From the IMG/VR virus record IMGVR_UViG_3300017700_000577, positions 1 through 40,508 of that record: a DNA stretch of 40,508 nt, one strand, 5' to 3'. Numbering within the stretch: position 1 is the first letter of the stretch; each line of letters begins with the position of its first letter. The stretch comes from a virus (Duplodnaviria; Caudoviricetes). A model generated the notes under the pieces. It was not told where the DNA came from, did no database searches, and saw nothing but the letters and a program-made list of their open reading frames with translations. Both the position numbers and the translations under genes were made by a program. Positions 8,067 to 15,933 of the stretch are shown piece by piece.

Positions 8067-8305
8067 CGGACCTCAAGCCCTCTCCGCTAGCAGCACGGCT
8101 AGCCGCGTTCATAGATGCCGCTCAGAGGGTCTTCGACGCTGAGTACAAGTACGCCGCCGAGCGTGATCGTGGTGCGAACACGACGCGAGACGAAGCGGAC
8201 AGGACCTACGCGCTCCTCATGCTCGACTGGTCGCCCCAACGAGTGCGGCGGCTCCGCAAGGATGTCCTCGCCGCCCTTCCTCTACCTGAGACAGAGGGGG
8301 GATAG
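8063..8305 (+). CDS. Hypothetical protein
   Basis: Start MTDLKP with GGGAG RBS; coupled. Confidence 0.55.
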   Translation: MTDLKPSPLAARLAAFIDAAQRVFDAEYKYAAERDRGANTTRDEADRTYALLMLDWSPQRVRRLRKDVLAALPLPETEGG

Positions 8306-8376
8306 ATGGCATCCGTTGATTCACGCGCACTGGCGCTACAAGGGCGCCACACGGACGTAGACGCCAAGCTGGAAGG
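8306..8376 (+). repeat. Boundary element (left end of the Mom-like cassette)
   Basis: Homologous to 838-908; hairpin TGGCGC/GCGCCA. Confidence 0.75.
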
Positions 8377-8889
8377 CGCCGACCCTTTCACGACGGCCCC
8401 CTGTGGTGGCTCACCAAGGACGGCGACCGCTCCTGCCTCGCCCTCTACCGGCGCCACTACTCGTCGCGGAAGTCTCGGGGAACCTCCAGTCAGTTCGTCG
8501 GCCCCGGCGAGACCATCGTCTTGCGAACCGGGCCAGCAGACGCTGTTTTCGTCTGGCGCAACTTCATCGACGACAGTGGCCAAGATGGCGTCTGCTGCTC
8601 GCTCTTCCGCAACGAGGGGCCGCGCCTATCGTCCCTCCTTATCCGACAGGCTGACGCGGTCGCTGATCACGTCTGGCCTGGTCTGCGGCATTACACCTTC
8701 GTCGATCCGTCAGCTGTCCGGTCAGCCAATCCGGGTGCTTGCTTTCGACACGCTGGCTGGCGGCGATGCGGCCTCACACGGGGAGGGCTGATCGTGTTCG
8801 AGCGCACCACTCCAGAACCCCCGACGGCGATGACCAGCAGCGAAGCTGTCGCCGCACATCTAGCTCCGGGAACTCCTCAAAATGACTGA
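8306..8889 (+). CDS. Mom/GNAT-like putative DNA-modifying protein; ATG and body lie in different frames
   Basis: Frame containing 8401-8889 reads WWLTKDGD...LYRRHYS...YTFVDP..VRS.NPG.CF..AGW, resembling Mom-like phage acyltransferases. The only ATG with an RBS (8306) is one frame off. Confidence 0.55.
8828..8875 (-). repeat. Boundary element (right end of the Mom-like cassette)
   Basis: Reverse complement GAGTTCCCGGAGCTAGATGTGCGGCGACAGCTTCGCTGCTGGTCATCG; homologous to 563-614. Confidence 0.75.
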
Positions 8890-9157
8890 TCGCCCCAACC
8901 CAGACACCCTGTCGTTGGTAGAGAGGCTGAAGTCGCGAGCGGCGTATGATCGCCTCCACTATCCGCCGGCCGACCCGCTCTACATGGAAGCAGCCCAAGC
9001 CCTCCTATCCGCTGAGAAGAGAGAAGCGGAGTTGCTGGCGGCGATGAAGGAACTCGACGCAGTTCTTGGCGAAACACCCATGCCCGACTGTGCGGCCATG
9101 AACCGACTGATCGCAGCTCGCGCCAAGGCCCGCTCTCTCTCAGGAGAAGGAACATGA
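8882..9157 (+). CDS. Hypothetical protein
   Basis: LVERL...EAAQAL coiled-coil small phage protein; coupled. Confidence 0.6.
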   Translation: MTDRPNPDTLSLVERLKSRAAYDRLHYPPADPLYMEAAQALLSAEKREAELLAAMKELDAVLGETPMPDCAAMNRLIAARAKARSLSGEGT

Positions 9158-9429
9158 ACAGGTCCCGGAGTTGCCCAGCGGACGGCAAGCTCGACCCGAC
9201 AGGCTGGAGGAGCATAGAAAGCGCGCCGACAGACGGCACACCTATTGTCGCCGTGGGTCGATGGCCCGACGCTAGAGTGGGCTTCCCCCGTCACGTCCAC
9301 TGGTTGGCCGGAAATTGGCGAGAGCCTGGACGGGGCCTAGGGCCTGCGCTGGTGTGCTGGGCGTGGCATCCGCGAGACGAAACTTGGCCTTCCGAAGGCT
9401 GGACTCCCCCTCCCGAGGCAAAGCCATGA
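9154..9429 (+). CDS. DUF551-like small phage protein
   Basis: W.SIESAP.DGT motif; AGGAGAAGG RBS. Confidence 0.65.
   Translation: MNRSRSCPADGKLDPTGWRSIESAPTDGTPIVAVGRWPDARVGFPRHVHWLAGNWREPGRGLGPALVCWAWHPRDETWPSEGWTPPPEAKP
9159..9207 (+). repeat. Boundary element at a gene start
   Basis: GGTCCCGGAGTTGCCC immediately after the ATG. Confidence 0.65.
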
Positions 9430-9707
9430 TGGTTTCGGTAGAAGACGCGGCCTCCGAAATCGGCATCGACGAAGGCGTCCTTAGAGACAACGCCGTGCTT
9501 GGGGGCGCGCCCAAGGGTTACGGCCCGTTCCGACGTGTCGAAGGCTCATGCTTCCGCATCATGATCGATATGGAAGACGCCGTCCTCTGGGATGCCGCCG
9601 GGCGACCGATTGCGTCGAGTGCCTACCGCGATCCTCCTCGGGACCCGAAGCGCACGCAACGATCCCTCATAGCCCGCCTATTCTCCCGTCCCGAGGCAAG
9701 GCCATGA
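9426..9707 (+). CDS. Hypothetical protein, possible excisionase-like HTH
   Basis: MVSVEDAASEIGID N-terminus resembles MerR/xis-type HTH; flanked by a 19-bp direct repeat. Confidence 0.45.
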   Translation: MMVSVEDAASEIGIDEGVLRDNAVLGGAPKGYGPFRRVEGSCFRIMIDMEDAVLWDAAGRPIASSAYRDPPRDPKRTQRSLIARLFSRPEARP

Positions 9708-9717
9708 GCAGGGTTTA

Positions 9718-9766
9718 GTTCATCCCGGAGTTGCCCGTCTCTGTCGTTTCACTCCAGACTGAGATG
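9718..9766 (+). repeat. Boundary element upstream of the tRNA
   Basis: GTTCATCCCGGAGTTGCCCGTCTCTGTCGTTTCACTCCAGACTGAGATG; outer CATC...GATG inverted ends. Confidence 0.85.
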
Positions 9767-9834
9767 AGGTATAAGAAGGCGTCGCGAGAGAGTCCGTATC
9801 AAGTCGGCTTGCGGCGCATTTAGAGATCGTTAGT

Positions 9835-9910
9835 GCGGTGGTAGCTCAACAGGATAGAGCGCCCGTTTCCTAAATGGGATATTCAGGTTCGAGTCCTGAC
9901 CAGTGCGCCA
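9835..9910 (+). tRNA. tRNA-Arg (anticodon CCT)
   Basis: Cloverleaf: D arm GCTC/GAGC with A20, anticodon stem CCCGT/ATGGG with loop TTCCTAA, T arm TCAGG-TTCGAGT-CCTGA, encoded CCA. One G:G mismatch in the acceptor stem. Confidence 0.88.
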
Positions 9911-9911
9911 G

Positions 9912-10124
9912 CTACTTCTTCCCGGCCTCAGCCAGCTTGGCCACCACCCGCGCATAATCCGCGTCGTTGATCGCCTGAAGCTCCGAGAGCATGGCCTGCA
10001 AAGCCTCTTCATCATCCGATGATAGAGCAGCCTTCGCATCCGACAGGACTTCCATCCCCGTCTTCACCCACTGAACACCCTGAGTCACCAGAGCCAGCGC
10101 ACGTTCGATTTCAGCGGCGGTCAT
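9912..10124 (-). CDS. Small helical protein at the end of the lysis cassette
   Basis: Last gene of the late arm; ATGA-coupled to the lipoprotein gene. Confidence 0.65.
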   Translation of the reverse strand: MTAAEIERALALVTQGVQWVKTGMEVLSDAKAALSSDDEEALQAMLSELQAINDADYARVVAKLAEAGKK

Positions 10125-10459
10125 AGGATCAACGTCCCGATGTTGGCGAGAAGGGCAATCGCGAGGTCAGCGTTCGTCTTGGCCCCGGAAGCGTCCGAAA
10201 TCGCATAGGCAGCGCGAGCCTTCAGGAGATAGCTGCGGGCCTGAGCGAGATACAGCGAAGCCTTGTCGGCGTCAGATCCCCTCAAGGTCCCCGCATCCAC
10301 CGCAGCCTCTACAGACAGCAGAGCTCCCCGGAAGGCGGATTCCGCGACGTACAGCGCCTTTTCGTCGGCTGTGGGGCTGACTGCCGTCGAGACCGTGGAA
10401 CAGGCCCCCAGGCTCACAGGAGCGAGGCAGAGGGCTAGGGCGATGGCCAGGGGTTTCAT
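10121..10459 (-). CDS. Lipoprotein (spanin-like lysis accessory)
   Basis: Signal peptide with lipobox LGAC; position in the lysis cassette. Confidence 0.65.
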   Translation of the reverse strand: MKPLAIALALCLAPVSLGACSTVSTAVSPTADEKALYVAESAFRGALLSVEAAVDAGTLRGSDADKASLYLAQARSYLLKARAAYAISDASGAKTNADLAIALLANIGTLIL

Positions 10460-10797
10460 TGCTTCTCCAATACCGTGACGTTTTCGCCCTCGACAGCGAC
10501 ATCCGGCGGCCCTTGGTTGGTCGCGACAATCGCCGCCGTCTCGACCATTTTACGCGTCACTTCGGCCTGCTCTCGGCGCTGATCCTGCGCGCCCTTGGTG
10601 GCCTGGAAGTATCGCCCGAACGTGTCTTTCACGATGCCGATAAGCGCGCCGAGCATGAGCATGGCGTACTTTTCATTCTCCGCCGGGACCATCTGAAAGA
10701 CAACCACGCAGGCGAGGAAGGAAAACAGCATCAGGCTTCCCACCGCCAGAATGGCCTCCACCTCAGGTGGGTGCGTCCATGACCGGTGCGCCGTCAT
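10456..10797 (-). CDS. Putative holin (2 TM helices)
   Basis: Two hydrophobic segments, VP.EN...A.LMLGAL......YF pattern, charged C-terminus. Confidence 0.55.
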   Translation of the reverse strand: MTAHRSWTHPPEVEAILAVGSLMLFSFLACVVVFQMVPAENEKYAMLMLGALIGIVKDTFGRYFQATKGAQDQRREQAEVTRKMVETAAIVATNQGPPDVAVEGENVTVLEKQ

Positions 10798-11057
10798 CTC
10801 TGGACCGCCTCTACGCGCATCTCAATCCGGCCCAGCGTGGCCTTCATGGACTCAGTGCGCTCGTCCAGAACCGCTACCTGAGCCTTGGTCTCGTCAAGGC
10901 CTGCCGTAGCCGCCTCGATGTTGTTGATGCGCGTGTCGGACTTGGCGTTGGTGGCCGACTGAAACAGCATGGCCGCAACGACTGTCGCGATGAACGGCAG
11001 GTTGATCGTAAATTCAAGCGTAAGTGGCGTGGTCTTCACAGCTTCACCGTTTGCCAT
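10794..11057 (-). CDS. Single-TM coiled-coil membrane protein (holin/antiholin-like)
   Basis: One TM segment followed by a heptad coil (VAVLDERTESMKATLGRIE). Confidence 0.55.
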   Translation of the reverse strand: MANGEAVKTTPLTLEFTINLPFIATVVAAMLFQSATNAKSDTRINNIEAATAGLDETKAQVAVLDERTESMKATLGRIEMRVEAVQR

Positions 11058-11524
11058 GCCGCCCCCCGTGCCAGCTCGTGAACGCGCGGAGTCCTCTTCC
11101 GCTCCAGAACAAACGCAACAATACCGGCGACAGTCCCTAGCGTCTGTCGGCCACCATACACACCAATGGTAGCAATTTGCGCCGCGAATAGAACCCCGAT
11201 AGCCGCGTCATATAGCGCCCCGACATCCACGCCCCTCGCGTAGAAAACCCAGAACGCCGTGTGGCAAAGGATGGAGAACGCGCTCAGAAGGCCCACGAAC
11301 CCGGCCCACGGCGCATAGGCCTTGCGGGACATCAGGATCATCGCCAGAAACCCGAAAAGGTCTATCGCCGGATAAAGCGCGTAGCCGTTCATCTGCGGGT
11401 CCAGAACCGGGGCGGCGAACGTCCCCAGCCACATGACACACAGCAGGACAGACCATCTCAACGCTACCGGATGGGCAGCGCAGAGGAGCAGCAGAGCCGA
11501 CAATGCGACTCCGTAGATGGTCAT
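11036..11524 (-). CDS. Polytopic membrane protein (~5 TM)
   Basis: Multiple hydrophobic segments. Confidence 0.7.
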   Translation of the reverse strand: MTIYGVALSALLLLCAAHPVALRWSVLLCVMWLGTFAAPVLDPQMNGYALYPAIDLFGFLAMILMSRKAYAPWAGFVGLLSAFSILCHTAFWVFYARGVDVGALYDAAIGVLFAAQIATIGVYGGRQTLGTVAGIVAFVLERKRTPRVHELARGAAWQTVKL

Positions 11525-11616
11525 TTCTTCTTGGGGGCCGGCTTGGCAGGCGCACGGCTGGGCGCACTGTTCTTCACCGGGGGCTTCGGGGGCCTGGAGG
11601 GTCCGCCACCAACCAT
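11521..11616 (-). CDS. 31-aa Pro/Lys-rich peptide (MVGGGPSRPPKPPVKNSAPSRAPAKPAPKKK)
   Basis: Read manually; AGGAG RBS; stop overlaps the ATG of the membrane-protein gene. Confidence 0.6.
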   Translation of the reverse strand: MVGGGPSRPPKPPVKNSAPSRAPAKPAPKKK

Positions 11617-11625
11617 GATCTTCTC

Positions 11626-13962
11626 CTAAACGATCTCGACCCAGACAGTCGATGTTTCCGCCACAGCCACACCGGCGCTGTCCGTGGCAAGCACGTTGAC
11701 GCCGGTTCCGACCACCCTTGTACCCTGAAGATAACCTCTCGTCCCACCCGCGACATCGCGATTAAGTCGGAAACGGTCAGAGGCCAGCATGGCAGGGAAG
11801 CTGAACGTCGCGCCCCCCGTGCCCACGGAGCCGAGCGTGACCACCCCCCCTTTGACGTGAGGGCCACGCGAAGCAACCTGCTGGAACACGCGCACACGCG
11901 TCGTACTCGCCACATCCACAGCCGGAACGCCAGCGTTGACGACGGTGATGCGCAGGGTGTTGGCGGCCTGGTAGGCGGCAAGGGTGATGCTGACGTTGGC
12001 CGGAAGGCTGTCCGCTACAGCCGTTACCTTGTCGTATTGATTGATGCCGGGGCACGTCACATCGACAAACGCCGTACCACCGCCCCCGGCGACGTTGCCC
12101 CAGTTGAGCGCGAAGGAGCCCTCATAGGTGTTGCCTTCGACACGGGTCCGGTCCGTCGTGCGGCCATAGCTGGTGGAGGCGTGCCAGTTGGCCCCGACCC
12201 TCACAGCCTCACCGACAATGCCGATGACGTGGCGGTTATTGGCGTAGATGCCCCCACCGGTCGAGACGCTCGACTGATAGACCGTCACCCCCGTTGACGA
12301 CATGTCGAAGACGTTGTCCTCGATGACGAACAGCGGATTGGTATCCCCCACCGCGACCATAGCCTGATCGGGGGAGCTGCCGCCCGGGGTATGGGAGACG
12401 TTGGTGAAATGACAGCCCCGAAGGGTGATGCCGGTGTATCGCGCTCCCAGAGCTGTCAGGGCGCTTTTGGCGCTGTTCTCAAACGTGACATTGGTAAAAG
12501 TGATGTTGCTCAGGTCAGCGGTCGCGGTGACGAGGTAGTTATCCCCATCGCGGAAACGACCGTCCGTGAAACTGATGTTGGCCCTCACGCCCGGGAACAG
12601 CATCGCCGTCCCCTCATCAGCCGTCACGTCGAATGACGAGAACAGCGAGTTTTCAGGCGGGTTGTAGAAGCCCACGAGGTTGCCGGCCCCGCTGTCCAGA
12701 GGGCGCCCGAATTGGTAGGCGACGGAGAAATCCGACATCTGGACGTTGGTAATCACCCAGGACCCGGTCGATTCCCCAATCGCCGCGCCGTCCCAGTAGA
12801 ACATGCGTCCGCCATTGCGCGTGCTCTTGACCTGATCCACCGTGTGAACGCCGGTAGCGCCATCCCATTTGACCGTACACCAGCCGAGAAGGTCAGCGAC
12901 GACATTGGTAAACGTCGTGTTCTCGGAGCCCGTGAACTGCGCTCCGGTGTTGGCGCAATTGTAGATCTGCCCGTTGCGGATCACCGCGTTCTTGTTGGTG
13001 TTGGTCGGCGTGGCGGAGATCGGCCAGCACGCCATGTTGATGATGTGATTTCCGTAGTAGGTCGTGTTCAGCATGCCCTCGGCATACCAGTCCTCCACCA
13101 CGCAGTTGTCGCCGCCATAGACCGTGAACAACGACGCGTAGAAGTCCTTGACCCTGTCGCCCCGGCTCGTGACGTTGTCGCAGCGCAGGGTCTTGATCGC
13201 GTGATACTTCGTCCTCACGGCGCTGTTGTTGAGCGACAGGACGGACTCGGTGAAGTCGTAGATCTGGATTGCCGCATCCCCGAAGTTCAGGGACGTGTTT
13301 CCCGGCAGCGTGTTGAGATAGTTGCCGTCGATGGAAAGCCCGTTGATTTCACAGGTCGTGCCGCCGGTCAGCGTGATCAGGATGGGGCTACCCCCAGCCA
13401 TGCCCTTGATCGTGCCCCCACGGCCAAACCAGCGCACGGGAAGACCCGTCGCCGTCACCGCAGCGTTGTTGCTCAGGAAGGTCCCGGCGGGCATCCCGAC
13501 CGTCGCCCCGATGCCCAGGGCAGCGAGGAACGTGTTCTGGATCGCAACCGTGTCGTCGGTGGCGTCGTCGCCCATCGCGCCGAGCTGATAGAAGTTGATC
13601 TCCTCCCCGGAGATTGACCACCAGCCGCCATTTGCCGGGCTCGTGCTGCCATCCGGGAGGAAGCGGTCCAGTGACCGGATTTTCCCCGGATGCGTCGGCT
13701 CGCTCGTCACCCGAACGAAGGTGGCGGGAGACTTGTCCGTCGTGGCCGAGAAGGCGTTGACGGTGATCGACTGACTTCCCGCCGACACTACCGCAGCCTC
13801 TACCGCGTCCCACGTGCCGAAGGCTCCACCGCCGACATAGGACCGAACATCTCCAGCAGGCACCTTTTTAAGGGGGCCTGTGGAGATGGGATAAATCGCC
13901 AACAGGTCCGTGTCCGCGATCTCGGTTGCGGCCTGAAGCTGGGGATAGGTTTTGCTGGCCAT
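11626..13962 (-). CDS. Tailspike / receptor-binding protein with pectate-lyase-like beta-helix
   Basis: GA.GDD.TDDT.AIQ motif followed by Asn/Thr/Gly-rich beta-helix repeats. Confidence 0.85.
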   Translation of the reverse strand: MASKTYPQLQAATEIADTDLLAIYPISTGPLKKVPAGDVRSYVGGGAFGTWDAVEAAVVSAGSQSITVNAFSATTDKSPATFVRVTSEPTHPGKIRSLDRFLPDGSTSPANGGWWSISGEEINFYQLGAMGDDATDDTVAIQNTFLAALGIGATVGMPAGTFLSNNAAVTATGLPVRWFGRGGTIKGMAGGSPILITLTGGTTCEINGLSIDGNYLNTLPGNTSLNFGDAAIQIYDFTESVLSLNNSAVRTKYHAIKTLRCDNVTSRGDRVKDFYASLFTVYGGDNCVVEDWYAEGMLNTTYYGNHIINMACWPISATPTNTNKNAVIRNGQIYNCANTGAQFTGSENTTFTNVVADLLGWCTVKWDGATGVHTVDQVKSTRNGGRMFYWDGAAIGESTGSWVITNVQMSDFSVAYQFGRPLDSGAGNLVGFYNPPENSLFSSFDVTADEGTAMLFPGVRANISFTDGRFRDGDNYLVTATADLSNITFTNVTFENSAKSALTALGARYTGITLRGCHFTNVSHTPGGSSPDQAMVAVGDTNPLFVIEDNVFDMSSTGVTVYQSSVSTGGGIYANNRHVIGIVGEAVRVGANWHASTSYGRTTDRTRVEGNTYEGSFALNWGNVAGGGGTAFVDVTCPGINQYDKVTAVADSLPANVSITLAAYQAANTLRITVVNAGVPAVDVASTTRVRVFQQVASRGPHVKGGVVTLGSVGTGGATFSFPAMLASDRFRLNRDVAGGTRGYLQGTRVVGTGVNVLATDSAGVAVAETSTVWVEIV

Positions 13963-13963
13963 G

Positions 13964-14473
13964 TTACCCTAGCGCCTGGTCAAAAGCTGACGTGATGGTC
14001 GCGCTGCCAGCCGTAACCCGAACGCTGAAATAGTACCCAACAGGCAGGAAGAAGGAGCAGGGCGACATAGCGGTATTGTTCACCGCCAGACCGACGACAA
14101 GTGCGCCAGTCAGACTGTTGTTGAACCTTCCGACCGCCGTTCCCGTGCCTCCAGCGACAGCATTGGTCGGGCCAACGACGATCTCAGCCGTGTTGGTCGT
14201 GCCGCCTGAGAGTGACAGGGCCGCATTCGAGGAGAGGTTTACCGTCACCAGCGCGGGCTTGGCGGAAGTCGTCGCCTGATAGGCCGTCGAGAGAGAGAGC
14301 GTGCGCGAGACCGGCACGCCAATAGTCAGCGAAGGAACGGTCTGGGCCGCATGGACGTGGTCGGCCCGGGAGCCGTCAGAGGAAACACCTGCTGTTGCAG
14401 CGCCCGCCGGTTGTGGCGTCGCGTCCGAAGGTCGCATCCCCGGCGGCGTCCCGAACTGAGAGGCATAAGGCAT
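13964..14473 (-). CDS. Tail-fibre-associated structural protein
   Basis: SRADHVH motif seen in tail fibres; beta-rich C-terminus. Confidence 0.6.
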   Translation of the reverse strand: MPYASQFGTPPGMRPSDATPQPAGAATAGVSSDGSRADHVHAAQTVPSLTIGVPVSRTLSLSTAYQATTSAKPALVTVNLSSNAALSLSGGTTNTAEIVVGPTNAVAGGTGTAVGRFNNSLTGALVVGLAVNNTAMSPCSFFLPVGYYFSVRVTAGSATITSAFDQALG

Positions 14474-14727
14474 TAGAAGCTCTCCGCGTAGGAGACCACG
14501 GAACTGCCTGAAGCTGTAACGCCGTAGATCGCCTCCGAGCCCTGCCAGTTGAACGGCGTTCCCCTTACGCCCAGCATCAGAAGGCCCGTCGTGGGGGTAA
14601 CGGTAGAGCCGCCCAGCCACACGTCCACGGTTCCGCACTGGACACCGCCAACGAAGTTGCGGGACCGGGCTGCAACGATCAGCGTGGGAACGTTGGTGAC
14701 GGTGACTTGTCCAGTCTCAACGCTCAT
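14473..14727 (-). CDS. Small beta-rich structural protein
   Basis: Coupled ORF in the tail region. Confidence 0.6.
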   Translation of the reverse strand: MSVETGQVTVTNVPTLIVAARSRNFVGGVQCGTVDVWLGGSTVTPTTGLLMLGVRGTPFNWQGSEAIYGVTASGSSVVSYAESF

Positions 14728-14728
14728 T

Positions 14729-15484
14729 CTAGGCCCCAGTCCACCCTTGGGCGTTCACCCAAACTCCGCCGGTCACAGAGGCCGTCAGGGTGGCGACTTC
14801 CATCAGGGTGTTGGCCGTGCCCCGCAGAGGAGTGCCGAACTTGATCATCTTTTGACCCGCAGCGGTCGGGAGTTTGGTGCGATAGAGAACCGTCCCACCA
14901 GCGCCGTCGCGGATGACAAATTCCGTAGCCGCGCCGAGCGTGTCCCAGTCGATAGTGATGGATTGGATGTAGTTGCGGATCGACGCGCCCGCAGCCGTCT
15001 TGATCGTTACCGCCGTGGTGGTGTTGACGATGCCGAGCGTAGCAGCGGCGTAGCTCCAGAAGGCCGTGGTGAGGGCCGGCTGGACAGCCTGAGCGTTGGC
15101 GTCACCCCGAATCCGGTCGAAACTCGCGCCGTTGTAGGCGTAGCCGATACTCCGGGTGGCAAGCCCCGCGTTGGAGTTGCCGTTGGACAGGGCGTCAGCG
15201 TTGGGGGCCGCGATCTGCGCGCCCACCGTGGAATCCGTCGAGAACAGCGAAACCGCGAGATTGGCTCGCGTGTCGAAGTTCATCGGCCCTTGCTGAAGGT
15301 TGGTCAGCGTTGGGCGGGTGGTGAGGTACTGCGCGGCGACGAGGGTGGAACTGGTCGCGGTCGGAGCGCCAGGAACCACCGGGGCGGTAGATCCGCCGGT
15401 TCCCGAAGCAGTGAACAGCGGATTGGACGCGTCCTGCCCTAGCGGGGTCTGGTTGTCAGTCTTGACGAGGATCGTATTGGCCAT
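14729..15484 (-). CDS. Virion structural protein (Thr/Ala-rich)
   Basis: Composition and position in the tail region. Confidence 0.6.
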   Translation of the reverse strand: MANTILVKTDNQTPLGQDASNPLFTASGTGGSTAPVVPGAPTATSSTLVAAQYLTTRPTLTNLQQGPMNFDTRANLAVSLFSTDSTVGAQIAAPNADALSNGNSNAGLATRSIGYAYNGASFDRIRGDANAQAVQPALTTAFWSYAAATLGIVNTTTAVTIKTAAGASIRNYIQSITIDWDTLGAATEFVIRDGAGGTVLYRTKLPTAAGQKMIKFGTPLRGTANTLMEVATLTASVTGGVWVNAQGWTGA

Positions 15485-15582
15485 GAGATCACCGGTTGAA
15501 GGTCGCTTTGACGCTTCGTCGGTGGCCCCGCCCGGGTCCGGCTTGCGTCTGGAGAATGCTCTATTTTCGAGCGATGAACAAG

Positions 15583-15933
15583 TTAGACGCGTTCGTATTC
15601 ATAGGAGGCGATGGGAGATCTGGTTGTGAGACCCGTTCCCACATCGGTTACATCGCAGGCGAGCGTAGCCGAGGAGACCCCAAGCGGAGCCCCTGTTACG
15701 TTGATTGAGGTTGTCGCCGAGGTCGCCGCCGAAAAGCCCCATGAGCCCCCGCCCACGGTTCCCGTAACGACCCACTGATAGCTATAGAGCCCGGTTCCGC
15801 CCGTCGCCGTGGCTGTGTTGGCCGGGGTGAAGGTGTAGTTGGTGGTGGTGTTTGTTTCCGCATCCACGGTGACGGTGAGGCTGACCACGAGGCGCCCCGT
15901 TGTCGTCATCATGACGTTTAGGGCTCCGCTCAT
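15583..15933 (-). CDS. Tail protein with Ig-like fold features
   Basis: TGGTG.YSYQW motif; ATGA-coupled to the tail fibre gene. Confidence 0.6.
   Translation of the reverse strand: MSGALNVMMTTTGRLVVSLTVTVDAETNTTTNYTFTPANTATATGGTGLYSYQWVVTGTVGGGSWGFSAATSATTSINVTGAPLGVSSATLACDVTDVGTGLTTRSPIASYEYERV

Noticed and set aside
8306-8791. 161-aa ORF as called by the ORF track
   Set aside because: After ~residue 28 it is low-complexity Ser/Ala/Pro text; the protein-like sequence is in the overlapping -1 frame.
9835-9910. tRNA as attP for integration
   Set aside because: No integrase was found, and it is a full-length tRNA rather than a 3' fragment.
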